Translations under genes and position numbers: made by a program
DNA from: Octopus bimaculoides
Lineage: Eukaryota
NCBI RefSeq assembly: GCF_001194135.2
Contig: NC_069000.1
Location: 43,269,949 to 43,303,973, forward strand
Direction: 5' to 3'
DNA length: 34,025 nucleotides
In this document: positions 11,504 to 23,230 of the stretch, piece by piece
Position numbering within the stretch: the stretch's first letter is position 1
Layout of the letters: each line of letters starts with the position of its first letter
Notes under the pieces: model-generated
Told to the model about the DNA's origin: nothing
The model's input: only the letters and a program-made list of their open reading frames with translations
Databases searched by the model: none

Positions 11504-12587
11504 TACATATATCTTTATATGCATGTATGAGAGTGGTCAAATATACATATATGCAAATGAGTAACTCTGGTTCACTCCAGATTCTGAAACTGTTTGTCAG
11601 CTTCTTTCTCTGGGATTGATCAATTTGATTTCGACATGTGTATATATATATATATATCACCTAATGTATCCTAATGTGAGATAGAGCAAGAGATAGTTTC
11701 TTGCCATTGAGACACGGGGTTAGGCGCGGTACAAAAAATCTGCTTTACCACGTGTCTGAATGTAAAAAAAACTGTTAGTAGTTCTTATCATTATACTGTG
11801 CATATTACATGTTATTTCTCACTGCTTCTTTGCTGATCATACATTAACGGAACAGTAATCTATCTCCCTCTTTCTTTCTCTCTCTCTTTCTCTCTTTCAC
11901 TATATATATNNNNNNNNNNNNNNNNNNNNNNNNNNNNNNNNNNNNNNNNNNNNNNNNNNNNNNNNNNNNNNNNNNNNNNNNNNNNNNNNNNNNNNNNNNN
12001 NNNNNNNNNNNNNNNNNNNNNNNNNNNNNNNNNNNNNNNNNNNNNNNNNNNNNNNNNNNNNNNNNNNNNNNNNNNNNNNNNNNNNNNNNNNNNNNNNNNN
12101 NNNNNNNNNNNNNNNNNNNNNNNNNNNNNNNNNNNNNNNNNNNNNNNNNNNNNNNNNNNNNNNNNNNNNNNNNNNNNNNNNNNNNNNNNNNNNNNNNNNN
12201 NNNNNNNNNNNNNNNNNNNNNNNNNNNNNNNNNNNNNNNNNNNNNNNNNNNNNNNNNNNNNNNNNNNNNNNNNNNNNNNNNNNNNNNNNNNNNNNNNNNN
12301 NNNNNNNNNNNNNNNNNNNNNNNNNNNNNNNNNNNNNNNNNNNNNNNNNNNNNNNNNNNNNNNNNNNNNNNNNNNNNNNNNNNNNNNNNNNNNNNNNNNN
12401 NNNNNNNNNNNNNNNNNNNNNNNNNNNNNNNNNNNNNNNNNNNNNNNNNNNNNNNNNNNNNNNNNNNNNNNNNNNNNNNNNNNNNNNNNNNNNNNNNNNN
12501 NNNNNNNNNNNNNNNNNNNNNNNNNNNNNNNNNNNNNNNNNNNNNNNNNNNNNNNNNNNNNNNNNNNNNNNNNNNNNNNNNNNNNNN

Positions 12588-12630
<43 letters not shown>

Positions 12631-12902
12631 TATGTATGTATGTATATACGCATATATAGACCTTCATACTAAGTATGTACGTAATATGTAACAAAACTTG
12701 TATTTTTTTTTTTTTTTCATTGAAAAGAAGTCAAGCAAGAGTAAAACCTCAACAATGCAAAGACTATTCGTGTCTGGCTCCGAAAGGCAAATAAAAGTTT
12801 TCTGCTCTTCTTTTCTCGTAGTTGTAGTGTTGACAGAATAATATAATTTTAAGCAAACCATTTTTTACTCATCAAATATCTGGAAGATGTTTTCCGCTTT
12901 CA

Positions 12903-13082
12903 GAAATATTAAAATTTTAAATTTCAATAAAAATATGATTTAAATGAGTATATTTTCTCATTGCAAAGGCGTTGCAATGTGCACATATCTATATATATAT
13001 GTATACACATACACGCACTCACACACAAGCAAACACACACATATATAGATATATATATGTATATATATATATGCATGTATGC

Positions 13083-13156
<74 letters not shown>

Positions 13157-13547
13157 NNNNNNNNNNNNNNNNNNNNNNNNNNNNNNNNNNNNNNNNNNNN
13201 NNNNNNNNNNNNNNNNNNNNNNNNNNNNNNNNNNNNNNNNNNNNNNNNNNNNNNNNNNNNNNNNNNNNNNNNNNNNNNNNNNNNNNNNNNNNNNNNNNNN
13301 NNNNNNNNNNNNNNNNNNNNNNNNNNNNNNNNNNNNNNNNNNNNNNNNNNNNNNNNNNNNNNNNNNNNNNNNNGAAATATTAAAATTTTAAATTTCAATA
13401 AAAATATGATTTAAATGAGTATATTTTCTCATTGCAAAGGCGTTGCAATGTGCACATATCTATATATATATGTATACACATACACGCACTCACACACAAG
13501 CAAACACACACATATATAGATATATATATGTATATATATATATGCAT
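12903..13547. repeat. Exact 174-bp direct duplication (12903-13076 and 13374-13547) flanking an N gap
   Basis: Both copies read GAAATATTAAAATTTTAAATTTC...TATATATGCAT identically by eye. The second starts at the first base after the gap. Confidence 0.9.
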
Positions 13548-14579
13548 TTAGTCATAGCAATAAACGCAATACTGGACTTAGTAAATTAATTTGGTTTCTA
13601 AAAGAACATAGTAAACAATAGGGTTTGGAATGGAAAATTCTATCTAGATCCTTCCTGTATGACAATGATATGCTCAGAAGAGTTACCTATCTGGCTCTTC
13701 ATTTGGAAACAGCTGTCGAGATGAGACTTTACATAATTCTTCTACTTTTTATGTTGTTTTTTTTCTTTATTCTGTAATCTACATTTTTGTTCTACATGTA
13801 AATGTACATCTCAAGTTGCCTCGTGTTTGCCTATTTTACTACCCCACCCTCATAAGAGCTCTATCAAGATTTTTTGTACAGCCGACATACGATGTTGAGG
13901 TGCGAGGTCCACAAAGAAGAGGTTGGAGCTAAAGTTCCCATGTATTTGAACATTAATCTGTGTTAATACTAACCTAATTTCACTTGCATCTATTCAATGT
14001 ATGCATACATACAAACACACACACACACATACACATATATATACATACATACATAGATATAAATATATGTGATAAATGACAAACGAACAAGTCTTACGTA
14101 ACAACCTATAATATTGGTGCTTTCTAATTCTTTGCATTATAAACACACACACAGACAGGCTCGTCCACACAAACGCACATATACACATACAATACACACA
14201 CACACGCATATATATATATATATACATATATATGTATGTATCTATCTATTATGTTAGTATGTATGTATACATGGGAGTGTGTGGTTGTGTGTACTGAACT
14301 CACATTTAACGTATGTGCCGCAATTTATTATTCATTTATTATTCATATACGTTGTTAACCATATATAATGTTGCATTTCCATAAAAAAAATGTTACGATT
14401 CACAAAGTAGATATCTAAATTGCGTTGAATAATATATACAAAATATTGCAAAGAAACAGAATCTTAGAAACCTCGTGATAATTCTGTTTCGGATAAAAGT
14501 AGTCAGGGTTGTCAACGTTATATATAATCTAATAACAATCACAACTGCAATTACGATTACCTAGTTTTAAGAGTCAGTA

Positions 14580-14804
14580 CATATGAATATATGCATTATA
14601 TATATATTATATATATATATATAATTAATGCAGACTTGTGTATGCTTGTGACTAAGAGTGTGTAGATCGTTAATTACGTATGCGTTTATGTAAATATATA
14701 TATAATTGTATGAATGACTGCCTCTGTATTTATATATGTATATGCATACACACATACGTATACGTGTGTACGTATATATATATATGTATGTGTGTCTGTG
14801 TGTG

Positions 14805-14837
<33 letters not shown>

Positions 14838-14854
14838 GTGTGTGTGTATATGCG

Positions 14855-14886
<32 letters not shown>

Positions 14887-14896
14887 AGTGTGTGTG

Positions 14897-14976
<80 letters not shown>

Positions 14977-14981
14977 CATAC

Positions 14982-15032
<51 letters not shown>

Positions 15033-15933
15033 TATATATATATACACACACATATGTACACATATATATATACGCATACACGTAAGCATATACGTATATA
15101 TGTGTGCGTATATATACACACACACACACACATCTATATGTGCACACAGAAAGACACACACACACGCATATGTATATATATAACAAAAGATGTTCCAGCA
15201 TAGAATGCGCACACATATCCATTCACGTATGCATGTATACACGAGAGAATTCTCATACATACACAGTTGTATACGCTATTATACTAAAGCTTGTACGTAT
15301 GTCTTTCGTACTTACAGACATTATGTACGTTTGTATATATTCGATAAAATATACACACATACTTGCACTCGAACATGGATACATACATAGTGCATACATA
15401 TGCGTCCACACATATATATATATATATATGCACACATGCATAAATACGTAAAATACACATATCAGAGTATAAGCATAAACATGCATAAATACATACACAG
15501 ATATACTTATATATGCACACATAGATACAGAAATACATAGATATATATGAACTCCATACTTGCAAGCACACATATATGCTTAGCGTATCTACACACACCC
15601 GTACGCACGCACACACACACTTACGCACACACACACATGCACGTACGTACGCACACACACACACATCAAAAACTGACACGTGCAAACTCGGTCAGACTGT
15701 CTGGATTTGATTTTCGCGTGCTCTCTCTCCATCTATTGTATTTTTGTTTGGCTGTGTCCCATTTTATCCTGGCATCTAATACTATGTGTGTGCGTGTGTT
15801 TGAATATATGTACATATATGTGTGTGTGTGTGGTGTATATATATACATATATATATACATATATGTGTGCGTATGCGTATGTTTATATGCATATATATAT
15901 ATATATATATACATGTATATATATATATACATG

Positions 15934-15965
<32 letters not shown>

Positions 15966-16060
15966 CACACACACTCATTTGTGGCGTGTGCCTGTATATG
16001 TTTGTGTCTACGTGTATACAAGATTACCTGTTCGTATATGTATTTGTGTATGCCTCTATG
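14580..16060. repeat. Long compound alternating purine-pyrimidine microsatellite field (TA/TG/CA)n
   Basis: Mostly (TA)n, (TG)n, (CA)n and (TACA)n with short interruptions. It produces the YI/CV/HT ORFs in the track. Confidence 0.95.
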
Positions 16061-16389
16061 ATTGATCCATACATACATTTTTACAAGCATATATACACAT
16101 CTTTATATATACAGACACTATGTGACCTGCAGTCGCATTGGACTGCGCAAAATAAGGTGGTTGGAAATTTAGCTTTACAATGACGGTGGCTTTTCGCAAC
16201 CCAGGGCCTAACTTCCCCTAGGGTGCACGTAACGGGAAGTGTGTTCAGGTCCGTGTGTGTGTGTGTGCTTGTGTGTGAGTGTGAGTGTGTGTGTGGGTGT
16301 GCGGGTGTGTTCGTATACAAGGTGGCCACAAAGTCACGCACCGTGGGATTTGTCAAGTATGATTTATTAGCGATGAAGTAGGTAATCCA

Positions 16390-16925
16390 TTACAAATGTT
16401 CAAAGTGATGGCCATGTAGCTCTATACAAGTGTTCATACTTTATTTGAAATTGCGATGAACCCTCTCAAATATATCTTCATTGCTGTTGACTTGCTCACA
16501 CGCTTCAACAATTCTTTGAAGATTTCCTTGGTCACGAATCTTCTCAAAATACACAAGGGGTTTAATGTACCCGCTGAAGAAGAATGTCCACGGGAGTTAA
16601 ATCTGGTGACCGTGGCGCCCATTCAATTGGCCCGCGACGCCCGAGCCATCTCCCTGGAAAATGTTCATTCAGAAAATCCCGAACCTGTAATGTATAATGG
16701 GGCGGAGCCCCATCCTGCTGACACAAGACAGGATTTCCCTTTCCAAGTGAATGCACGTGAAGCATCATCTTATTGCCAAGCGTGTCGAGATATGAATCAC
16801 CTGTCCCAGAGCCCTCAATCTAAAAAGGTCCAAATAATTGGACCACACGTTACTTTGCCCCCGCCTTGTTGATTATCTGCCTCCATCCAATGAGGATTGG
16901 TTTGTGAGTAATATCGGCAGTTGTG
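16390..16925 (-). pseudogene. Decayed DD41D transposase, catalytic/C-terminal half
   Basis: Across frameshifts and stops: HNCRYYSQTNPHWMEADNQQGGGKV..GPF*IEGSGTGDSYLDTL..QQDGAPPHYTLQVRDFLNEHFPGRWLGRRGPIEWAPRSPDLTPVD/FFFSGYIKPLVY..CIELHGHHFEHL*. Asp codons at 16712-14 and 16586-88 have 41 residues between them. Confidence 0.92.
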
Positions 16926-17010
16926 AAAAGAGATGCGAAAGAAAGAGAAGTAGAAGATTATTATTTTTAAATCTCACATCGAGAGATATTCGGCAACGGT
17001 ACTTTGTATT

Positions 17011-17172
17011 AAAGATTGTTTGCCAACGTAACATGGCAGTCCTGGTTTAGGACTAATGTTGCTGTAATTTAGCCCCAGGACTAATGTCGCTGTAATTTAG
17101 TTTCCTGGGGCTAAATTACAGCAACATTAGTCCTAAACCAGGACTGACAAGTTATGTTGGCAAACAACCTTT
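17011..17172. repeat. Long inverted repeat: 70-bp arms (17011-17080, 17103-17172), 22-nt loop
   Basis: Arms match at 66/70. The inner 44 bp are perfect (CAGTCCTGGTTTAGGACTAATGTTGCTGTAATTTAGCCCCAGGA and its reverse complement). Confidence 0.95.
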
Positions 17173-17299
17173 GCTATAAAAGAGAATGTTAGCAATTTCA
17201 CATGTTGCAAGATAGCGCGTAACTTTATGGCCACCCTGTATGTACGTACGTATGGCTGGCTGGCTGGCTGGATGGATGGATGGATGGATGGATGGATGG

Positions 17300-17460
17300 A
17301 TGGATGGATGGATGGATGAGGCAAACGATTGCCAGAATGTTTAAAGCGTTGGATAGGTGGTTTCGCATCAATCCTTCGTGCTCATGCCGCTCAGAATCAA
17401 ATTGTCGCCCAGGTCAAATTTGTCGTGCATTGATTCACATTCGATAAATTACCAGTCCTG
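17300..17460 (+). mobile_element. Old, degenerate SINE family A copy
   Basis: Colinear loose matches: GCCAGAATGTTTA..GAATCAAATTGTCGCCCAGGTCAAATTTG..TTCGATAAATTACCAGT. Confidence 0.5.
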
Positions 17461-17527
17461 TCTGTGGTTCGATTCTTCCCTTTATCCGTGTCTGATCCCC
17501 TCTCTTTCGGGGATAGATCTGTGAACG

Positions 17528-17640
17528 TACGTAGCTCATGGATTAGGGTATTCGGTCACACTCTTAAAATCGTAAGTTCGGTACCTGTTGGCGCATTGTG
17601 TCCTTGAGGAAAACACTTAATTTCATGCAACCCTAGTCAG
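17528..17640 (+). mobile_element. Degenerate fragment of a third tRNA-derived SINE
   Basis: tRNA-like head (GTAGCTCATGGATTAGGGTATTCGG...TAAGTTCGGTACC) followed by the CORE-like TTGTGTCCTTGAGGAAAACACTTAA. Only one copy in the window. Confidence 0.45.
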
Positions 17641-18203
17641 AACTATTCCGCTACAGAACTATTCCAGGAACTTTTTGATACCACCTCATATATATACACG
17701 ATGGGCTTCTTTCAGATACATTTATGCCGCTCAAGCATTTCGAGGTAGGCATACATTTGCACCGGCAGCATAAATATGTTGGTGATGCATATTGATGCAT
17801 TTAAAGCATTTGTTAGATTGAATATAAATTGGAAAATTTTTCAATTTGAATATCAATTGAAATACATGCATACATACATACATGCATACATACATACATA
17901 CATACATACACACATACATACATGCAAACATACATACANNNNNNNNNNNNNNNNNNNNNNNNNNNNNNNNNNNNNNNNNNNNNNNNNNNNNNNNNNNNNN
18001 NNNNNNNNNNNNNNNNNNNNNNNNNNNNNNNNNNNNNNNNNNNNNNNNNNNNNNNNNNNNNNNNNNNNNNNNNNNNNNNNNNNNNNNNNNNNNNNNNNNN
18101 NNNNNNNNNNNNNNNNNNNNNNNNNNNNNNNNNNNNNNNNNNNNNNNNNNNNNNNNNNNNNNNNNNNNNNNNNNNNNNNNNNNNNNNNNNNNNNNNNNNN
18201 NNN

Positions 18204-18239
<36 letters not shown>

Positions 18240-18486
18240 TACACATACACACAGAAGTCTGTGTGTGTGTGTTTATGTGTCTGTCTGTGGGTATATAATT
18301 TCGTGCACGTGTATTGATTTAAAACCACATATTTTCATAAATATATAATTTTATAGATATGTTCAAATATTACTTGATAGAAATTGTTGGTTGCCTCGTA
18401 ACATGTTAACTTCTACTTGGAATATTATCTTCCTCATACAACTGTCACAAAGTTCGTGTTATCATTTTAGCATACGTCTCTGTTCA

Positions 18487-18700
18487 GGCTGGTGAGCTGG
18501 CGGAATCATTAGCACGCCAGGCGAAATGCTTAGCGGTATTTCGTCTGTCTTTATGTTCTGAGTTCAAATTCTGACGAGGGCGACTTCGCCCTTCATTCTT
18601 TCGGGGTCGATAAATTAAGTACCAGTTGCGTACTGGGGTCGATTTAATCGACTGGCTCCCTTCCCCCAAAATTTCCTGCCTTATGCATAGAGTAGAAAAG
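18487..18700 (+). mobile_element. SINE family A, full length, tail type 2, with probable target-site duplication
   Basis: Aligns with 5246-5460. Flanks ATACGTCTCTGTTCA (18472-86) and ATACATCTCTATGCA (18704-18) match at 12/15. Confidence 0.92.
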
Positions 18701-19955
18701 ATTATACATCTCTATGCAGAAACATTTAGAAATGTCCACACAAGTATAAATCCCTGCCTGCAGGTGTATGTATATATGTGCTTGCATGCGTGTGTACGTT
18801 TGCGTGTGCGGTGCGTATGTGTGTGTGCGTGTGCGTGTACGTGTGTGTGTACGTGCGTCTGTACGTGTGTGTATGTTTGTGTGTGTGCGCGTGTATGTGT
18901 GGTTGTGTGTGTTATAGTGTGTGTTATAGTATTGTGCTTGTGTGTATGTACGTGTGCGTGTGTGTGTGTGCGTGTACGTGTTTGTGTGGGTGTGTGTGTG
19001 TGTGGTCTCTTCAAGTTTTGAATATTTGGCTTCTTTCAGGAAGGAGCCGCTTTCTTACAAAGATAAAAAGACTTGCAGGTTTTCACAGTTCCGCTTACAG
19101 ATTGTATTAGTAGAGTACGAATTAGTTGGAATTATTTTTCTGAAAACTCAATTCGTATTTCTTCCATTTTGACACATTTACCATCAAGACTAAGTGCTCC
19201 ACCTTCGAACCCCCAAGCGTGTATTTTCCTCTGCCTTCTCCCTTTTTTCTATCTCTACTAATGTAGCCGGTTCCTGAGAGCTACTTCGGCTTTTACCGCC
19301 ATCACTTCGACACCCCGGAGCCATTCTTCACATCCACTTCTCAACCACGTTGCTGTGTGCATCATCCGTCGTACCCATCCCCAGCCCGACCATTAATGTC
19401 CAGGTCTTTCCTCTCACACTATAACCATAATCTATGGGCACCTTCTCTCTGTTGCTGCTTTATTTCCTGCAGGTCGTGACTCGCAACGGCTTAAACGGGT
19501 CATTAACGTCAGCAAGTTTACACGCGCTCCAGGGCTTGCAAAGATCATGCACACTGCCCCCTTCCACCAGACACAACAGCATCTATATGCGCGCACACAC
19601 ACACACACACACATGCACGCACAGATATGTGCATGTATGTGTGTGTGAGTGTACGTGTGTATATAAACATATCCATATGTATATAAACATATACATATTG
19701 TATATAGAAAGATAGTTCGATAGATACACACAAACATGCATACCTACGTTCATACATAGATATACGTGTGTGTGTGTGTGTGTGTGTGTGAGTCTGTGTG
19801 TGTGTGTACGTGCGTGTGTGTGTGTGTGTGTGTATGGGTTTGTGTGTGTATTCATGTATGTATATACATGAATACACATTTAAATATCTGTACAACATTT
19901 GGAATTTCGGATGTTATCAACAGAAATAATTAAACATTTGTTCTGTGCCCGCGTG

Positions 19956-19999
<44 letters not shown>

Positions 20000-21723
20000 T
20001 GTGTCTGTGTGTGTCTGTGTGTGTGTGTGTGTGTGTGTNNNNNNNNNNNNNNNNNNNNNNNNNNNNNNNNNNNNNNNNNNNNNNNNNNNNNNNNNNNNNN
20101 NNNNNNNNNNNNNNNNNNNNNNNNNNNNNNNNNNNNNNNNNNNNNNNNNNNNNNNNNNNNNNNNNNNNNNNNNNNNNNNNNNNNNNNNNNNNNNNNNNNN
20201 NNNNNNNNNNNNNNNNNNNNNNNNNNNNNNNNNNNNNNNNNNNNNNNNNNNNNNNNNNNNNNNNNNNNNNNNNNNNNNNNNNNNNNNNNNNNNNNNNNNN
20301 NNNNNNNNNNNNNNNNNNNNNNNNNNNNNNNNNNNNNNNNNNNNNNNNNNNNNNNNNNNNNNNNNNNNNNNNNNNNNNNNNNNNNNNNNNNNNNNNNNNN
20401 NNNNNNNNNNNNNNNNNNNNNNNNNNNNNNNNNNNNNNNNNNNNNNNNNNNNNNNNNNNNNNNNNNNNNNNNNNNNNNNNNNNNNNNNNNNNNNNNNNNN
20501 NNNNNNNNNNNNNNNNNNNNNNNNNNNNNNNNNNNNNNNNNNNNNNNNNNNNNNNNNNNNNNNNNNNNNNNNNNNNNNNNNNNNNNNNNNNNNNNNNNNN
20601 NNNNNNNNNNNNNNNNNNNNNNNNNNNNNNNNNNNNNNNNNNNNNNNNNNNNNNNNNNNNNNNNNNNNNNNNNNNNNNNNNNNNNNNNNNNNNNNNNNNN
20701 NNNNNNNNNNNNNNNNNNNNNNNNNNNNNNNNNNNNNNNNNNNNNNNNNNNNNNNNNNNNNNNNNNNNNNNNNNNNNNNNTTTTTGTGTTTGCGTGTGTG
20801 TATGCTTGCGCGAGCGTGTGTGTATGTGCGTGTGTGTGTGTGTTTGTGCTTGTGTGTGTTTGTGTGTGTCTGCGTGTGTGTGTTTGTGTATGTCTGTGTG
20901 TGTGTGTTTGTGTGTGTGTTTGCGTGTTTTTGTGTTTAGCGCATATGTGTGTTTGTGTGTGCGCGTATGTGTGTATGTGCATACGTTTGTGTGTGTCTGT
21001 GTGTTTCTGTGTGTCGTTGCATGTTTTTGTGTGTGAGTATGTGTGCGCGCATAAGTTGTTTTGTTGCGTATTAACATAAAAGTGCTCGGTGGTACTTTAT
21101 GCTTGAATCCCATCTATGTTTATTTGTGGAGAGCTTAGACAGGATTATATTCCCAAACCTCGGTTTCGATCAATGGACTTTTTCGGTCGACTGCCCATAT
21201 CCAGTGGATTGAGAAATTAGCTGTGTCAACTACAATTACTCCGTTTTCAAATGATCCCATAATCATGGTTGTCTATTGTAATTTTCTAACCTGTCAAACC
21301 GGTGACCATTGAAATTCTTTAAAAAGAAATTCTATTATGTACCGGTACGTCGAAATATTTGTTTTTTAACTTTCCTTTAGGATGTGTAGTTTCTCTGCGA
21401 GTTTGCTGCACTTCGTTCCATTTGTAATTGCGTTCGGTACCTGATCTAATATTGTCCATTCTGTTTGCTCTTACCTTCCAAATATGCTTCTGAAGTATTA
21501 TAGTTCTACCTTGGTAGCGATAGCGTGATGATTTGCTGCGGTGGTGCAGGGGGTTTTCGAAGGAGTGCTCTCAGAGTCCTACAATGTTACTTGGTGTGTT
21601 AGAGTGAAAGTACATTAGCGCTGCGTACAATGCAGTTTTTGTGCATTTGATCCCAGTAAGAGAAAGTTTTATAATTTTGCGATTGCTCAAACGGCTCGTT
21701 TCGTTCTCCATTTATTTGCAATA

Positions 21724-22140
21724 GGCACAGGAGTGGCTGTACGGTAAGTAGCTTCCTTACCAACCACATGGTTCCGGGTTCAGTCCCACTGCGTGGCAAC
21801 TTCGGCAAGTGTCTCTTGCTATAGCCTCGGGCCGACCAAAGCCTTGTGAGTGGATTTGGTAGACGGAAACTGAAAGAAGCCCGTCGTGTATATATATATA
21901 TATATCTATATATATATATATATATTCATGTATATGTTTGTGTGTCTGTGTTTGTCCCCGCACCACCATCGCTTGTCAACTAACGTTTGTGTGTCTACAT
22001 CTCCGTAACTTAGCGGTTCGGCAAAAGAAAGAAACCGATAGAATAAGTACTAGGCTTACAGAGAATAAGTTCTGGAATCGATTTGTTCGAATAATGGCTC
22101 CAGCATAGCCTCAGTCAAATGACTGCAACAAATAAAAAAG
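21724..22140 (+). mobile_element. SINE family B, full length
   Basis: Head with A and B boxes, conserved body, central (TA)/(TG) tract, complete 3' half ending in A-rich AATAAAAAAG. Confidence 0.93.
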
Positions 22141-22604
22141 TAAGACAATGAAGAGTATTATATGTTGTAATGGCACTTGACATGATTTTCGTTCAGCTGT
22201 AGCTGGTCTTTAAATTGTTTTCCTTGAAATGCTTATCAAATGAAGAAGCGTGCTATGAATTATTTCTAATTATGAAGAGAAAGCATTTTGCTTTATTGCT
22301 CTTTATTTGTTGCACGGGGGAACATAACCAAGTACTTTTAAGAGCAATTACTAGTTGTCTTCTTAGTACTTAAATTCGTTTATATATTTTGGCTTCAAAA
22401 TAATAATGGTCGTGGCAGCCAATCTTACGACTGAGCCAAAGAAATTTTGTCTCCATTGGTTCTTCAAAATGCCAATACTGTTGGTCTCTAATACTTGCGG
22501 AAGCGTCTTGTGATAAAGGGGCTGGATTTGAAATCACAATACACACAGCTGGAGCAGATACCCAATGGCATCAATTTCGACGTTCTAATAATTCTGCCAA
22601 CCTA

Positions 22605-22725
22605 TAATCACGAAAAGATGAAAGGCAAAGTTGATACCAGTAGCATTTGAACTCAAAGTGTAGAGATTAGGAAAAAATACTGCAAAGCCTTCTAATCGCC
22701 ACTCTGAAAACTCTGCCAGTTCGCT
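22605..22725 (-). mobile_element. Degenerate SINE family A fragment
   Basis: GAAAAGATGAAAGGCAAAGTTGA..ATTTGAACTCA..CTCTGCCAGTTCGC match the reverse complement of family A. Confidence 0.6.
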
Positions 22726-23230
22726 ACATATAAACGTGGTATCATTGAAGTATAAAACTTTGATTCCTCAACAAATGCTGTTGGTACATTTTTTCTGATG
22801 CCTGATGAAGTAGATCCATTGAGACTGGATGTAACATAGGGCGCTAGAATGTCTCTAAAAATGAAACGCATGATTTTTATTTTAGTTTAAGATATTGCAG
22901 TGAATTTAAAGCTGTAAATTGGGTGTTGCTCTCTGACCTAATATTTTTTATTGGTGTAATTAATATTTTTCTTGAAGTGTCATCTATTGACGTGTTAACA
23001 CTGTGTGATATCATCAACCCATCATCTCTATACAAGCCCACGCTAATTCCATTCAAGGAGCCTTGAGCATTTTTTCAACAAAAACAAACTTCATTCTTGC
23101 TCGTAGATTTCTGTTCTCTCAAAATTATCTGAATTATAAAAATGGTATGTCGCAGCTTGAGTTTTTAGTTGTATAGTCGTATATAGTAAAGTTTACTAAT
23201 AATAATTCTTTCTAATCTTGGAACAAGGTG

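Larger units (their letters stand above)
16318..17238 (-). mobile_element. Non-autonomous, internally deleted Tc1/mariner element of the DD41D (rosa/Visitor) type
   Basis: Left end CAAGGTGGCCACAAAGTCACGC versus reverse-complemented right end CAGGGTGGCCATAAAGTTACGC (19/22). TA at 16316-17 and 17239-40. Transposase remnant inside. Confidence 0.92.

Noticed and set aside
13872-13920. Possible exon after TTTTTGTACAG
   Set aside because: Short frame with no homology I can recognise and no convincing donor.
16456-16872. 138-aa plus-strand ORF
   Set aside because: It is the antisense frame of the transposase remnant and has no recognisable motifs of its own.
21381-21436. Possible small exon after TTTCCTTTAG
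   Set aside because: Weak donor (GTACCT), two of three frames closed, no recognisable peptide.
21724-21790. Genuine tRNA genes at SINE heads
   Set aside because: A and B boxes are present but there is no cloverleaf or acceptor stem, and each continues into a SINE body.
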